This document shows, one piece after another, positions 17,443 through 27,980 of a stretch of 64,000 nucleotides of DNA. The notes beneath the pieces were generated by a model. The model had not been told where the DNA came from and searched no databases. It was given only the letters and a program-made list of their open reading frames with translations. Position numbers and translations under genes: made by a program. Origin of the DNA: an uncultured Fibrobacterota bacterium (GTDB lineage Bacteria; Fibrobacterota; Chitinivibrionia; Chitinivibrionales; FEN-1185); NCBI GenBank assembly GCA_963729895.1, contig CAVSQB010000006.1, positions 1-64,000 on the forward strand, read 5' to 3'. Numbering within the stretch: position 1 is the first letter of the stretch; each line of letters begins with the position of its first letter.

Positions 17443-20400
17443 TCAATGCACGATGCCGGTATCGCTGATGACAGGCAGCAATTGCGTCACAGGGTATTGA
17501 GGAGAAACTCCCTGGCATTCGGCCCATACCGTCACCTCGACTTTGTTGGCATTCGATTGTCCATAGATGATTACATTCGCCGCTTTTCCGTTCTGGGTCT
17601 GGATGGTTCGAGCTATCGACACCGCAGGATCGGGCTGAGCATAGGGTTGAGCGCTCCAGCTGAAATCATATGACCCGAGCGCCTTTATGAAATGAGCGCC
17701 ATTAGCGTATGCGGAATCCATAGCGTCAAGAACCCTCAACAGCGCGGAATCGGAAGACGATATCGGCTGCTTATAATACAATTTTACATAAGCAGAGTCA
17801 TTTTTCAGCATGGTGTAATTCGAAAGATATACGGGGTCGGTCAAAGGCTCTATCGGGTCCCAAACGCCGTCTCCATTCAGGTCCGCGAATTGGATCTTCC
17901 CGTTACTGCAAACATGCACCTCTTCAACCGGAGTACCATGCCTGTTGAATTCCCGTATTCCGTCGTGGTTAATGTCAATATAGGGCGGACCCGGATCGTA
18001 AATGCAGTCGCCGTTCAGGTCCTCGCCGCGAGGCAGAGTACCGCTGCAACTGTTGGTGTAATCCAGGAAAGGAAGCGTAGCGGAAATGGTGTCAATGTAG
18101 GGATTGCAGGCGAATGCGCCCCCGCTCACTTCTTCCACCCATCGTGGGACGAGTTTCTTATATACGAATCCCGACGCCTGAAGGCTGAATGTTACCACGG
18201 TGCCGTCCGCCACCGGGTTCCCGTTGATATCCGTGACTATTGCGGCACAGGGCAGCCCAAAGGTGCCGTCCTGATAATCCACGCCCTTCAAGAGATTGAC
18301 GCCCAGCGAAACCGTATACGGAGGGCCGGCTATGGTGAACAGCACGGTGTCTGATTTTACTCCGGAAACGTTGCTTGCCACAACCCCCACTCCGTGAAAC
18401 ACGCTTTGCGCCGTTCCGGCAAGAAGATAGGAAATGGCCGAGCCGTCGCTTGCGGTGACTACCGTTGGTGGATTAAGGTTTTCACCGCCGCCGGGTCCGC
18501 TGATCATATTAAAGGAAATGTGTTCGTTCTGGACCCTGTTGTTGAGCGAATCGTACGCTACGGCGGTCAGTTGCGCTTTCCCTCCGTTCGTCGAAATCAC
18601 CGCAGGCGTGCCGATCAGCACGATTTTCCTCGTTAGCGATGCGGTAAAGTAGAGTTGGAACGAAGCGGTCGTGACTTCGGACAAGGTCTTTGCATAGGCG
18701 GAAACCGTTGCCGTACCCGCAAACCCGGGGTTCTTCACGTAAAAAACGATCTTGCCGTTGTTTGCCGGAACAAGCGTGAACTGTTTTGCAAAGATGGTAT
18801 CGTTGTTGAAGCTGCCCATGGAGACGCTTATGGCGATTGTCGCGTTCTGCACCGGCGTGGTTTTGTCTCCCAGAAGATAGGCGACGAACAGCGCGGTGGA
18901 ATCCTTCCCGTTTGCGATGCAGGGCTGCAAGGCCGTGGTGTCCACGGCCAGGTAATTGGAGGAATAGGTTATGGCGACTTTTTGAAACGCGCCCGCAGAC
19001 ACGATCTGTATGCTGTCGGTGCCGCTGCCCCTGCCGTACACTTTGCAGTACGCTTCGCCCCGGTTGTCCGTCACCGAATCCGGTTTGTAAATAAACGTGC
19101 TGTCCTGCTGCTTGGAGAAATTGATGGGCTCGCCCACGATGGGGTTTTTTGCCGCGTCGACCAGCGTGATCGAGATGGTGCTGGAGTCCTTGCCGTTGGC
19201 ATTGATGCTTGTCGGGTTCGCGCTTGCGGTCAACTGGACGCCGGAGAACACCACCTGCACCGTAACGAATTTGGTCTGGTCTTTCGCCAGCGTGGCGGTC
19301 ACCGTTGCGGTCGTGTTTCTGCGGTCGCTGGTAAGGAGGGCAATGGCCCTTCCGTTGACGTCCGTTACCGCAAGGGCCGTCACCATGCCGGCGTTGGTGG
19401 TGAAAAAGATACTGTCTCCAACCATCGGGTTATTGGTCGCGTTCTTCACCTGGACCGTGATGGTGGACTGGCTTGTTCCGTCCGCCTGGATAACGGTGGG
19501 GATCGCGTTGACGACCATGGTCCTTGTCGACATGAACGTCAGAGAAGTTGTGGCCGAGGCCAGATCGGTGGTCGTATTGAACGCGGTGACCTGGAGCGTC
19601 ATGGTGCATTCGTAGGGCAGGGCAAAGATGGTCACGGCGCATTTCCCCGAGGAATCGGTCTTGGTGAGGATATAATCGGTTGTGTCCGCACCGCCGGCCT
19701 GTTTGAACGACCGTTGCACCTGCACCGCTTTGTTTGCAAGCGGCGCGCCGTTGCCGCCTGTAAACAAGACGTGCAGCACGGTGGAAACGGATGTGTTTGC
19801 CTGCAGGACTTTGTCGTCCAGCGAAACCACAAGGGAAAGATCGGTCACGTTTATCCTGATGCTTGAGGATGCGCCGGCGGACAAGACGCTCACCGAGTCC
19901 GTTCCGGTCGTGTTGCCCTTCACCACGCATTGCGCATTGCCCAACGGTCCGGTAACCGTGTCTTTGGAAACAAACGTCAAATTCGATCCCGTGCCCTTTC
20001 CCAACTGGAAGAATATCGGCGAGTAGGGGATCGGCACGTTCGAGCCGTTGACAAGATACGCGGTGATCGTGGTCTGGCTGCCCGGTTTCAGGTTCGTTGA
20101 ATCGGCCTGGAGCAAAATGGCCACGCCTTTGAAAATGACCTTGGTTTGCGCGGTCTGGGTGCGGTCGGAAACAAGGTACGCGGTCACGTAGGCGGTGTCG
20201 TTGACATTTGCGCTTGTGAGCACGGCCTCTGCGACGCCCTGGGAGTTTGTTGCCGATTGTCCAGACCCGGAACAGCCGGTTGACGATCCCATTATCAGGC
20301 CCGCGCTGGAAATGAACTGGACGCATTGGCCGGTAACCGGGTTGTTGTTCGCGTCCTTGAGCATCACGTCGATGGTCGTGTTGTCCTTGCCGTCGGCCTT

Positions 20401-20868
20401 GAGCACCGGCTCCGTCGGCGTAATGGTCATCCGCCTTTGGATCGTGGTCGGTGTGTTGGTGACCTGGATGCTCAACTGCGCCTCGGTGTACCCGCACACC
20501 ACCGTAAGGGTCACAACGGCCTTCGCGCTGTCCATCATCTTGAGGACCGCGCGGCCCCTCGAGTCGGTAAAGAGGCTCTCGGCGGAAATCCAGCCGGACG
20601 ATGAAGCGCACAGCACTCGTGCATCGGTAAAAGGAATCATGTGCGTGCTGTCCGTCATGACGGCGATGGCGATTGAGAGCGTTTCCCCGATTCCCACGTA
20701 TTGGCTGTCCGGTATGAGAATGATAAAAGGCACCAGCGCGGTAGTGCCGGGGCCTGTTGTGGGACCGGTGACGGCGAGCGATCCGTTGTCGTCCTTTATG
20801 GTGCACAGCACCAGAAAACAAATCACGCTGAGGGCGGCAAGGCCGGCCAGAATCCGAACTGTTTTCAC
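17443..20868 (-). CDS. Large Ig-like (Big_1, invasin/intimin-type) repeat surface protein, probable lipoprotein
   Basis: Repeated ADG...T.I.V...DA.NNP..G..V.F...G...TD..G.A motifs; RBS AAGGAG before GTG 20868; signal ends LVLC; C-terminal DxNxDG Ca-binding motifs. Confidence 0.88.
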   Translation of the reverse strand: MKTVRILAGLAALSVICFLVLCTIKDDNGSLAVTGPTTGPGTTALVPFIILIPDSQYVGIGETLSIAIAVMTDSTHMIPFTDARVLCASSSGWISAESLFTDSRGRAVLKMMDSAKAVVTLTVVCGYTEAQLSIQVTNTPTTIQRRMTITPTEPVLKADGKDNTTIDVMLKDANNNPVTGQCVQFISSAGLIMGSSTGCSGSGQSATNSQGVAEAVLTSANVNDTAYVTAYLVSDRTQTAQTKVIFKGVAILLQADSTNLKPGSQTTITAYLVNGSNVPIPYSPIFFQLGKGTGSNLTFVSKDTVTGPLGNAQCVVKGNTTGTDSVSVLSAGASSSIRINVTDLSLVVSLDDKVLQANTSVSTVLHVLFTGGNGAPLANKAVQVQRSFKQAGGADTTDYILTKTDSSGKCAVTIFALPYECTMTLQVTAFNTTTDLASATTSLTFMSTRTMVVNAIPTVIQADGTSQSTITVQVKNATNNPMVGDSIFFTTNAGMVTALAVTDVNGRAIALLTSDRRNTTATVTATLAKDQTKFVTVQVVFSGVQLTASANPTSINANGKDSSTISITLVDAAKNPIVGEPINFSKQQDSTFIYKPDSVTDNRGEAYCKVYGRGSGTDSIQIVSAGAFQKVAITYSSNYLAVDTTALQPCIANGKDSTALFVAYLLGDKTTPVQNATIAISVSMGSFNNDTIFAKQFTLVPANNGKIVFYVKNPGFAGTATVSAYAKTLSEVTTASFQLYFTASLTRKIVLIGTPAVISTNGGKAQLTAVAYDSLNNRVQNEHISFNMISGPGGGENLNPPTVVTASDGSAISYLLAGTAQSVFHGVGVVASNVSGVKSDTVLFTIAGPPYTVSLGVNLLKGVDYQDGTFGLPCAAIVTDINGNPVADGTVVTFSLQASGFVYKKLVPRWVEEVSGGAFACNPYIDTISATLPFLDYTNSCSGTLPRGEDLNGDCIYDPGPPYIDINHDGIREFNRHGTPVEEVHVCSNGKIQFADLNGDGVWDPIEPLTDPVYLSNYTMLKNDSAYVKLYYKQPISSSDSALLRVLDAMDSAYANGAHFIKALGSYDFSWSAQPYAQPDPAVSIARTIQTQNGKAANVIIYGQSNANKVEVTVWAECQGVSPQYPVTQLLPVISDTGIVH

Positions 20869-21183
20869 GGTAGACTCCTTCTTGATGGTATGCTGCGAAA
20901 TTGACCCGCTGTCACGGCAGTTGCCCCGCAGGGAACATCGTCGCACTCGTGGTTGATGCGCACATGCCGGGGCTGCATTTTCACCGTTTTCTTTTTCACC
21001 CGGGGAATCGAGAAAATGATATATTCTTGTCGGTCACGGAGCAGCGCCGGAATCGATCCCGCGCAGGGACAACTCGATGGACCGGAGCGCCCCGGCCGTT
21101 CATCGTGTAAAGTATACCAATTCAATGGCACGGAAATCAATACCTTTGATCATCAGGACTACTTTTTCCGGGAGAACGGCTCG

Positions 21184-22500
21184 ATGGTCGTGCAGCGGGG
21201 AATAAGGGTCCGTTGTGTCGCCCGCGGTTCGCCCGCGTGGACAGGCGGCCTCAGGAAGGGTGATGTGATCCTTGCCGTCAACGGACGCGCAACGGCCGAC
21301 GAGATTGATTTCAGGTTCGGCACCGCGCAGCCGGTTTCGCATTGTGCGGTCCGCCGCAGCGGCCGGACCATCCGCGCCCGGCTCGAGCGGCCGCACAACA
21401 CCGGGCTCGGGGTCCGCTTCGCCGACGCGGCCCTTTCGCGGTGCGCAAATCATTGCATTTTCTGCTTCATAGACCAATTGCCCGCGGGGTTGCGCACAAC
21501 CCTGTACGTCAAGGACGAGGATGTCAAGCACTCCTTTGTCAACGGGAACTACGTGACGCTCGGCGCCCTCACCGACGGCGACCTCCATCGCCTCTGCCGC
21601 CTCGGCCTGTCGCCGCTCTACGTGTCGGTTCACGCGACCGACAGGCGGGTGCGGCAACGGATGCTGGGCAACAAAAAAATCGGCGACATCATGCACCAGC
21701 TCCGTTTTCTTGAAAAGAACGGGGTCCGGTTTCACGCGCAGATCGTGGTGTGCCCCGGGTTCAACAACGGAGCGGTGCTGGCGCAGTCGGTCCGCGACCT
21801 GTGCACGTTCACGCGGGGGCTTGCGTCGCTCGCGGTCGTACCGGTGGGGCTCACCAGGCTGCAGCGGAAAATGCTGGCGCCCGTGGACCGCATGGAGGCC
21901 CGCCGTATTTGCGTTACGGTGAACCGGCTCGGCGACCGGGACATGCGGCGCGCCGGCACACGGAGGGTTTTTCTCGCCGACGAAATGTTCATCCTTGCCG
22001 GTCTCCCTATTCCCCCGCGGCGTTACTACGAAGATTACCCGCAACTGGAAAACGGCATCGGTCTCGTACGGATGCTGCTCGAAGAGTGGCGCGGGGTGAA
22101 GCGGCGGCTCTCCGCGCACGGGGAGACGCGCGCGCCCGGGGTGACGCGCGCGCACGGACGGAAGGTGCTGATTGTCACATCGGAGTCCGCCTACCCGTAC
22201 CTTGCGCGCATCGCGCGGGAGATTTCGCTCCGCGTCGCGGGCGCGCGGGTCGCCGCGGCCGCCGCGAAGAACCTCTTTTTCGGGGGCGGGGTCACGGTGG
22301 CCGGACTGCTCACCGCGCGCGATATCATACGAACCATAAAGAAGACCGGCGGACGCTGGGACCGGGTGATACTTCCTTCGGTTGTCCTTAACCACCGCGG
22401 CTGCACGCTTGACGGATACTCTATGCGGCGCATCGGAAAAGCGACCGGCGCCACCGTTATGGCGCTCCGATCCACCGCCGAACTGGCGCAACTCTTATGA
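21184..22500 (+). CDS. PDZ plus DUF512 putative radical SAM/Fe-S oxidoreductase
   Basis: GSPA..GLRKGDVILAVNG; CANHCIFCFIDQLP; KDED; YPQLENGIG; VTVAGLLT. Confidence 0.9.
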   Translation: MVVQRGIRVRCVARGSPAWTGGLRKGDVILAVNGRATADEIDFRFGTAQPVSHCAVRRSGRTIRARLERPHNTGLGVRFADAALSRCANHCIFCFIDQLPAGLRTTLYVKDEDVKHSFVNGNYVTLGALTDGDLHRLCRLGLSPLYVSVHATDRRVRQRMLGNKKIGDIMHQLRFLEKNGVRFHAQIVVCPGFNNGAVLAQSVRDLCTFTRGLASLAVVPVGLTRLQRKMLAPVDRMEARRICVTVNRLGDRDMRRAGTRRVFLADEMFILAGLPIPPRRYYEDYPQLENGIGLVRMLLEEWRGVKRRLSAHGETRAPGVTRAHGRKVLIVTSESAYPYLARIAREISLRVAGARVAAAAAKNLFFGGGVTVAGLLTARDIIRTIKKTGGRWDRVILPSVVLNHRGCTLDGYSMRRIGKATGATVMALRSTAELAQLL

Positions 22501-23261
22501 GCCCTCAAGCGGAACCGGGGCCTGCCCGTCTCAACAAATACCTCGCAAGCTGCGGGTTGGGATCCCGGCGCGCGTGCGACCTGATCATCGCCGCGGGAAG
22601 GATCTATGTAAACGGCGAAAAGGCGGCCGTGGGCGCAAAGGTTGTTCCCGGGCGCGACCGCGTCGAATATCTGGGCAGGAAACTTTCACCGGTTGAATCC
22701 TTCCGGTACCTTGCCTATCACAAACCGCAAAGCCTCATCGTCACCAAAAATGATCCCGAAGGGCGGGCAACCATTTACGATGCCCTCAGGGAAATCGGGT
22801 GCAACGCCGACAGCCTCAACTACGTGGGGCGCCTCGACGTCGCCTCCGAAGGATTGCTGCTGCTCACCAATGACGGCGGCCTCATCCATGCGCTTACGCA
22901 CCCCCGGTATCACATAAAGAAGGTCTACGAAGTCAGGATTGACAAGCAATGTACGGATGCCGACGCCGCCGCGATGACGGGCGAGGGCATCGAATCCGAA
23001 GGACAGGTGCTGCGCGCGGGCGAGGTGTGCCGGATGCCGCAGGACCGGCAGTTCTGGTACCGGGTTGCCTTGTACGAGGGCAAAAAGCGCCAGATACGGC
23101 GCATGTTCGAGGCGCGCGGCTATACGGTGGTCCGGCTCAGGCGCACCCAGTTTGCGTCCGTTAAGCTCGGCGATCTTGCGCCGGGCGCCGTGCGGGACCT
23201 TTCCGGCCGCGAAGTGGACGCGCTTCGCGCGGCAGGTTTTCCCCCCGGTTCGGGCAAATGA
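22497..23261 (+). CDS. RluB/RsuA-family rRNA pseudouridine synthase
   Basis: S4 domain RLNKYLA...SRR; VGRLD; EGLLLLTNDG; EGKKRQIRRM. Confidence 0.93.
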   Translation: MSPQAEPGPARLNKYLASCGLGSRRACDLIIAAGRIYVNGEKAAVGAKVVPGRDRVEYLGRKLSPVESFRYLAYHKPQSLIVTKNDPEGRATIYDALREIGCNADSLNYVGRLDVASEGLLLLTNDGGLIHALTHPRYHIKKVYEVRIDKQCTDADAAAMTGEGIESEGQVLRAGEVCRMPQDRQFWYRVALYEGKKRQIRRMFEARGYTVVRLRRTQFASVKLGDLAPGAVRDLSGREVDALRAAGFPPGSGK

Positions 23262-23363
23262 TTTTCCTGTCGCGGATGTGGTTTGCATTTGCATTTTGCC
23301 TGGCGCGACCCTATACTGTAGCAGGCGCCGCGCGGCGCCGGGAAGAATCCACCCAAGGAAGCC

Positions 23364-24968
23364 ATGCACTCAAATCCACCGGACGGCCTGCTGCTGCCCC
23401 AGTTGTTGGGCCATCCCGACGGCATTGTGGTGGTCGACGAGGCGGGCATTGTCCGTTTTGCCAACCCGTCCGCGCAGCTTTTTCTCGGCCCGGGCGGCAG
23501 ATCGCTTGAGGGAAAAACGCTGGGCGTGCCGGTGCTGCCGGGAGAAACCGTGGAGTATCAAGCCGGCGGCCGGACCCTGGAGGTGCGGGCGGCCCGCACC
23601 ACCTGGGGCAACGGCCGCGGCATGCTTGTCGCCCTGCGCGATATCACCCAACGCAAGCTGGCCGATGGGCAGCTTGCCGCTGCGCTCAGCGATCTCAGGC
23701 TTGCCCTGGCCTCCGAAAAAGTGCTGCTCGACGAGCTTGACAAAAAGAACAAGGAACTCACCGAACTTTCGATCACCGACGCGCTCACCGGCCTGTACAA
23801 CCGCCGGTTCATCCAGGAACGCTTCGAATTCGAATTCAAGCGCGTCAAGCGCTATGGCGGCACGCTGTCGTGCATGATGATCGACATCGACCATTTCAAG
23901 GCGTTCAACGACACCTACGGCCACCGCTGCGGCGACTTCGTGCTGCAGGAGCTTTCCACGCTGTTCAAGTCCCATTCGCGCGAAGTCGACATTTGCGGGC
24001 GGTACGGCGGGGAGGAGTTTCTCATCCTCGCCAGCGTCGCGCTCGACTACTCGCTGCAATACGCCGCGAAACTCCACGCGGCTATCGACGGCCACGTGTT
24101 CGTCTTCGAAGGCAGGAGCCTGCACGTGACCGTAAGCATCGGCCTGGCCGACGTGCGGCCCGGCATGAAAGATCATCGCGAACTCATCGACCGGGCCGAC
24201 CGGGCGCTGTACCAGGCAAAGGAGGACGGCCGCAACCTGATACGGGTATGGAAAGAGAATCCCGACGGCGGGAACGTTCCGGTGGACCATGTTTCCGTGC
24301 AGGAACTCAAGAAGGACCTGGCGCGCCTGTCCAGCCGGATGTGGGTCACCTACATGGAATACACCAACGCTCTTGTCAAGGCCGTCGACGCCAAGGATCC
24401 CTTCACACGGGAGCATTCCCAGAACGTGTCCGCGACGTCGGTGGAGATCGCGCGGGAAATGGGGCTGTCGGACGTTGAGATCGAGGTCATCAAGTGCGCG
24501 GGGCTGCTCCACGACGTCGGAAAGATCGCGGTGAACCGGGAAATTCTTGTCAAAAAGGAGCCGCTCACCGCCGGGGAATACGAATTGCTCAGGAAGCATC
24601 CCGTTATCGGCGTCGGCATCCTCAGGGACATCCGGTTTCTCGAAAAAGAGATTCCTCTCATCCTGTATCATCACGAACGGTTTGACGGCAGAGGGTATCC
24701 GCACGGCCTCAAAGGGCGGGAAATTCCCTTCGGCGCGCGCATCCTTGCCGTGGCCGACGCATTCGACGCCATGACCTCGGGAAGAGGATACAAGGACAAG
24801 GTGTCCACGGAGAAGGCTATCGGCGAGCTGGTGCGGGGGAGCGGAACGCAATTCGCGCCCGACGTGGTGGAGGCGTTTGTAAAAATCCTGGAAAAGAAGC
24901 GTCATGCGTGTTGCCTCATAATAAAAGGTAACCGAAGGGTCAGATTCGATGCCTCACAAATGAGGTAA
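23364..24968 (+). CDS. PAS-GGDEF-HD-GYP c-di-GMP turnover protein; C-terminus rewritten by IS insertion
   Basis: DALTGLYNRR, REVD I-site, GRYGGEEF, HDVGK, HHERFDGRGYP; last 20 aa run into the IS. Confidence 0.93.
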   Translation: MHSNPPDGLLLPQLLGHPDGIVVVDEAGIVRFANPSAQLFLGPGGRSLEGKTLGVPVLPGETVEYQAGGRTLEVRAARTTWGNGRGMLVALRDITQRKLADGQLAAALSDLRLALASEKVLLDELDKKNKELTELSITDALTGLYNRRFIQERFEFEFKRVKRYGGTLSCMMIDIDHFKAFNDTYGHRCGDFVLQELSTLFKSHSREVDICGRYGGEEFLILASVALDYSLQYAAKLHAAIDGHVFVFEGRSLHVTVSIGLADVRPGMKDHRELIDRADRALYQAKEDGRNLIRVWKENPDGGNVPVDHVSVQELKKDLARLSSRMWVTYMEYTNALVKAVDAKDPFTREHSQNVSATSVEIAREMGLSDVEIEVIKCAGLLHDVGKIAVNREILVKKEPLTAGEYELLRKHPVIGVGILRDIRFLEKEIPLILYHHERFDGRGYPHGLKGREIPFGARILAVADAFDAMTSGRGYKDKVSTEKAIGELVRGSGTQFAPDVVEAFVKILEKKRHACCLIIKGNRRVRFDASQMR

Positions 24969-26106
24969 CCGTAACAAGGTTGAAAATGGTTTTGAGTTTT
25001 CTTTCGATAGTCTTTTTTAATTGGAATGGATTGAGAGCACGGTGGGTCAGTTCAAGGCTTTGCTTGACTTCTGAAGCTATGTAAGGTGATTCAACGATTC
25101 TTTGATAGGGAGTTTTCGGTTCTTCATAGGTCTTGCGGTATCGAGATCCTATCCGGATTTTAGATTTGAGTTTCAGCGATGGACAGAAGTGGTTTTGATA
25201 GAGAGACCACTCGTTGGCATAGAGGTCGTTAATGAGGGGAAGCGTGTCGGGGTTTTCGATCCGATCATAACCAAGCATGTGCCTGGCCTGCGCCCAGTTT
25301 TTCTGTTCGACATGGGCGTTGTCGTTTTTCTTGTAGGGACGTGACCGGGTGAACTTTACAGGGTCTTGTCGCACGGCGAAGTAGCGTTCGAGATGATAGT
25401 TGAGGAACTCGGACCCGTTATCACAGTCAAAGCCACGCAGGGCAAAAGGTATTCGTCGTTCGATGTCTTTAACCTGCTCAATGACACCCTGGGAGCCCTT
25501 ATTCCACACAGCACGGCCTTCGGTCCAAGCAGTATGGATGTCAGTCATGATAAGGCTCCACACAAATTCTCCGGCAAGGCTGGTGCCGCAATGGGCAACC
25601 GTATCCGCCTCCATGAATCCAGGCTGGGTAATATCCCAGTTGTCGGTACGGATGGGGATTTGATTGCGCAGCATGGAGCCGGGCTTGGTGCCGCACAATC
25701 CCTTGCCCATACGCGTACGTAAAGGGCATAGGACGCGGTCAAGCGTGGAGCGGCTGACAGAGAGGAGCCGCGCACGGACTTCCTCGGAAAGCAGTTCAAA
25801 GGATTGTTCGTAGAATGGCAGCCATACTGGAATGACAACCTTAAGGCGGCGAGAGCACATGAAATCAGAGGCTTTCCAGATGTACTGTAACGCCTTAATA
25901 AAAAGCGGTTCAGCATATAAGGGTCTTCTTCCACGCTTGGCTTTTTGTTTCTGTTTGCGTTTTCCAAGTAGCCGGATAGCGTACTTGCGATTGTATCGGC
26001 AAATCGCACAAAACTCATCGAGAATCTGCTTTTTGCCGGCTCTGTTGGAATGGGCATATCGTTGTCGTATCGCTTCCCGATATGCTTCTTTTTCTTTGTG
26101 CCCCAT
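24940..26106 (-). CDS. Integrase-core (rve) DDE transposase
   Basis: ILDEFC...RKYAIRLL, EADTVAHCG, DCDNGSEF, RSRPYKKNDNAHVEQKN. Confidence 0.92.
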   Translation of the reverse strand: MGHKEKEAYREAIRQRYAHSNRAGKKQILDEFCAICRYNRKYAIRLLGKRKQKQKAKRGRRPLYAEPLFIKALQYIWKASDFMCSRRLKVVIPVWLPFYEQSFELLSEEVRARLLSVSRSTLDRVLCPLRTRMGKGLCGTKPGSMLRNQIPIRTDNWDITQPGFMEADTVAHCGTSLAGEFVWSLIMTDIHTAWTEGRAVWNKGSQGVIEQVKDIERRIPFALRGFDCDNGSEFLNYHLERYFAVRQDPVKFTRSRPYKKNDNAHVEQKNWAQARHMLGYDRIENPDTLPLINDLYANEWSLYQNHFCPSLKLKSKIRIGSRYRKTYEEPKTPYQRIVESPYIASEVKQSLELTHRALNPFQLKKTIERKLKTIFNLVTVTSFVRHRI

Positions 26107-26146
26107 AGTGGTAACCCCCTTTTTTCTTGGGTTACCTTAATTATGA

Positions 26147-27789
26147 CCTAAATCCGTGAGAAAAACTTTGGCATTTTGATGATTTTTCGTGTAGATTAAG
26201 GGTGAATGGTGCTTGACTAAATGGCAGTTCACATTATTCACCCGGAAGGTGTCATGCCAAAGCCGAGAAAGTTGATAATCACGGAGACGGACGAGTTTCT
26301 GACCAGCCATGGTGGAATGGCAATGATCGGGATGCTTGCGGAGCGATCCGGTTTGCGCGAGCGTGTTTCGCAGGTTACTCCGGACAAGAAGAGCGGGAGT
26401 ATAAGCACCGCGGACGCGCTGCTGACCATGACGGGGCTTTTGTGTCTTGCCAAACCAGACTTTGACGGGGTCGAGCAGTTTCGTGAAGACGACTATTTTC
26501 AGGAGATGCTTGGATTGAAAGCGGTTCCTTCCGAGGCTACACTGCGGCAGCGAATGGACGAAACGGGCCTGACCGTTCAAAACGCAGTCCTTTCCGCTTC
26601 GGCGTCCCTGTTGAAAAAAGCAGCGCCACGGCTCACCGCCTGCTTTGGACCGTATATTCCGATTGACGCTGACGTATCTCCTTTTGACAACAGTGGTTCT
26701 CATAAGGAAGGCGTAAGCTGCACGTACAAGTTGTTCGAGGGATATTCTCCGATGCTTGCCTACATAGGCGTGGAAGGCTACCTGCTGAACGCGGAGTTGC
26801 GCGAAGGGAAACAACATTGCCAGGAAGGAACTCCGGAGTTTCTGCGCAAGACCATAGCCCTTGCTCGAAAAATAACGGATCGTTCGATCCTTGTGCGTCT
26901 TGATGCCGGACATGACGATATTGAAAACATGCGAGTCTGCCGCAAGGAAAAGGTCGATTACATAATCAAACGGAACATACGCAGGGAATCTATTGACGAA
27001 TGGCTCGTGGATGCTCAAGCGCTCGGTGACTGGCGTCATCCTCGTGAAGGCAAGACCGTGTACGTTGGTGAGACAATACGGGAAAGAAACGGCGAAAACA
27101 TGCGCGTTGTGTTCGAGGTGATCGAACGGACAATCGACCGCGACGGAAACGCCTTGCTGCTGCCGGATGTAGAGGTTCACACGTGGTGGACGAGCCTGAG
27201 CAGACGCAACGCCGGCCCGGACGACGTTATTGCAGCGTACCGGGATCATGGCACCAGCGAGCAGTTTCACTCGGAGCTGAAGAGTGATATGGCGCTGGAG
27301 CGGCTTCCCAGCGGGAAGTTCACGACCAACGCATTGGTGTTGACGTTGGCGGTTCTTGCGTTCAACATGCTGCGGCTCTGCGGCCAAGTTGGAATCGACA
27401 AGGGGTACGTGCCGCGTAAGAAAGTTGCACGCCGGAGATTGCGGAAGGTCATTCAGGATCTTATGTACATAGCAGCACGCGTGATAACGCATGCCCGCCG
27501 GTTGATGCTTGCCCTGTCGCGGCGGAATCAACTCCGCATAGCGTGGACGCAAACGTATCTGGCGTTCGCCACGGATGGCTGACCTAAGGAGAGCAATAAA
27601 CGGAAATAGACCCGTAACCAAACAAACGTCGCCACCGACACGTTGAGTGTATTTGTCAACCATGGGGTCAGAAGCGCAAATCATAGTGGAATCACCCCGG
27701 CAACAACTTATCAAGAAGCCTTAGCAACCATATTCGTTCTTGTCAACGCCGTCAATTTGTTTTTAATAACCTTATCTCACGGAATCAGG
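26147..27789 (+). mobile_element. IS1380-family element (1643 bp)
   Basis: IRs CCTAAATCCGTGAGA / TCTCACGGAATCAGG; TATGA duplicated at 26142-26146 and 27790-27794. Confidence 0.93.
26221..27582 (+). CDS. IS1380-family transposase
   Basis: PSEATLRQR, IDADVS, LREGKQHCQ, VRLDAG, YRDHGTSEQFHSELKSD, LPSGKFTTN. Confidence 0.92.
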   Translation: MAVHIIHPEGVMPKPRKLIITETDEFLTSHGGMAMIGMLAERSGLRERVSQVTPDKKSGSISTADALLTMTGLLCLAKPDFDGVEQFREDDYFQEMLGLKAVPSEATLRQRMDETGLTVQNAVLSASASLLKKAAPRLTACFGPYIPIDADVSPFDNSGSHKEGVSCTYKLFEGYSPMLAYIGVEGYLLNAELREGKQHCQEGTPEFLRKTIALARKITDRSILVRLDAGHDDIENMRVCRKEKVDYIIKRNIRRESIDEWLVDAQALGDWRHPREGKTVYVGETIRERNGENMRVVFEVIERTIDRDGNALLLPDVEVHTWWTSLSRRNAGPDDVIAAYRDHGTSEQFHSELKSDMALERLPSGKFTTNALVLTLAVLAFNMLRLCGQVGIDKGYVPRKKVARRRLRKVIQDLMYIAARVITHARRLMLALSRRNQLRIAWTQTYLAFATDG

Positions 27790-27980
27790 TATGAGGCAAC
27801 GAATCAATTGGTGCGTGTTTCGATTAAGCCTTCGGTTACATTTAATTTGAGGCAATGCGCATGGCGCGGAACACTAGAAAATGCGTGCAAATTCGGTGTG
27901 ATTGTGGTACTGTGTAAGGGCGGCGGCAGCAAGGCCGGCGCTATAACCATTTTCGGTAAGGAGAGCGTGTGGAGGAGCGA

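Larger units (their letters stand above)
24907..27859 (-). mobile_element. rve integrase-type (ISNCY-like) IS copy 1, 1305 bp, carrying a nested IS1380
   Basis: IRs CGTGTTGCCTCA.../...TGAGGCAATGCG; CATG duplicated at 24903-24906 and 27860-27863; matches 50073-51377 once the insert is removed. Confidence 0.93.

Noticed and set aside
26137..27714. 525-aa antisense ORF over IS1380
   Set aside because: Shadow frame of the transposase.
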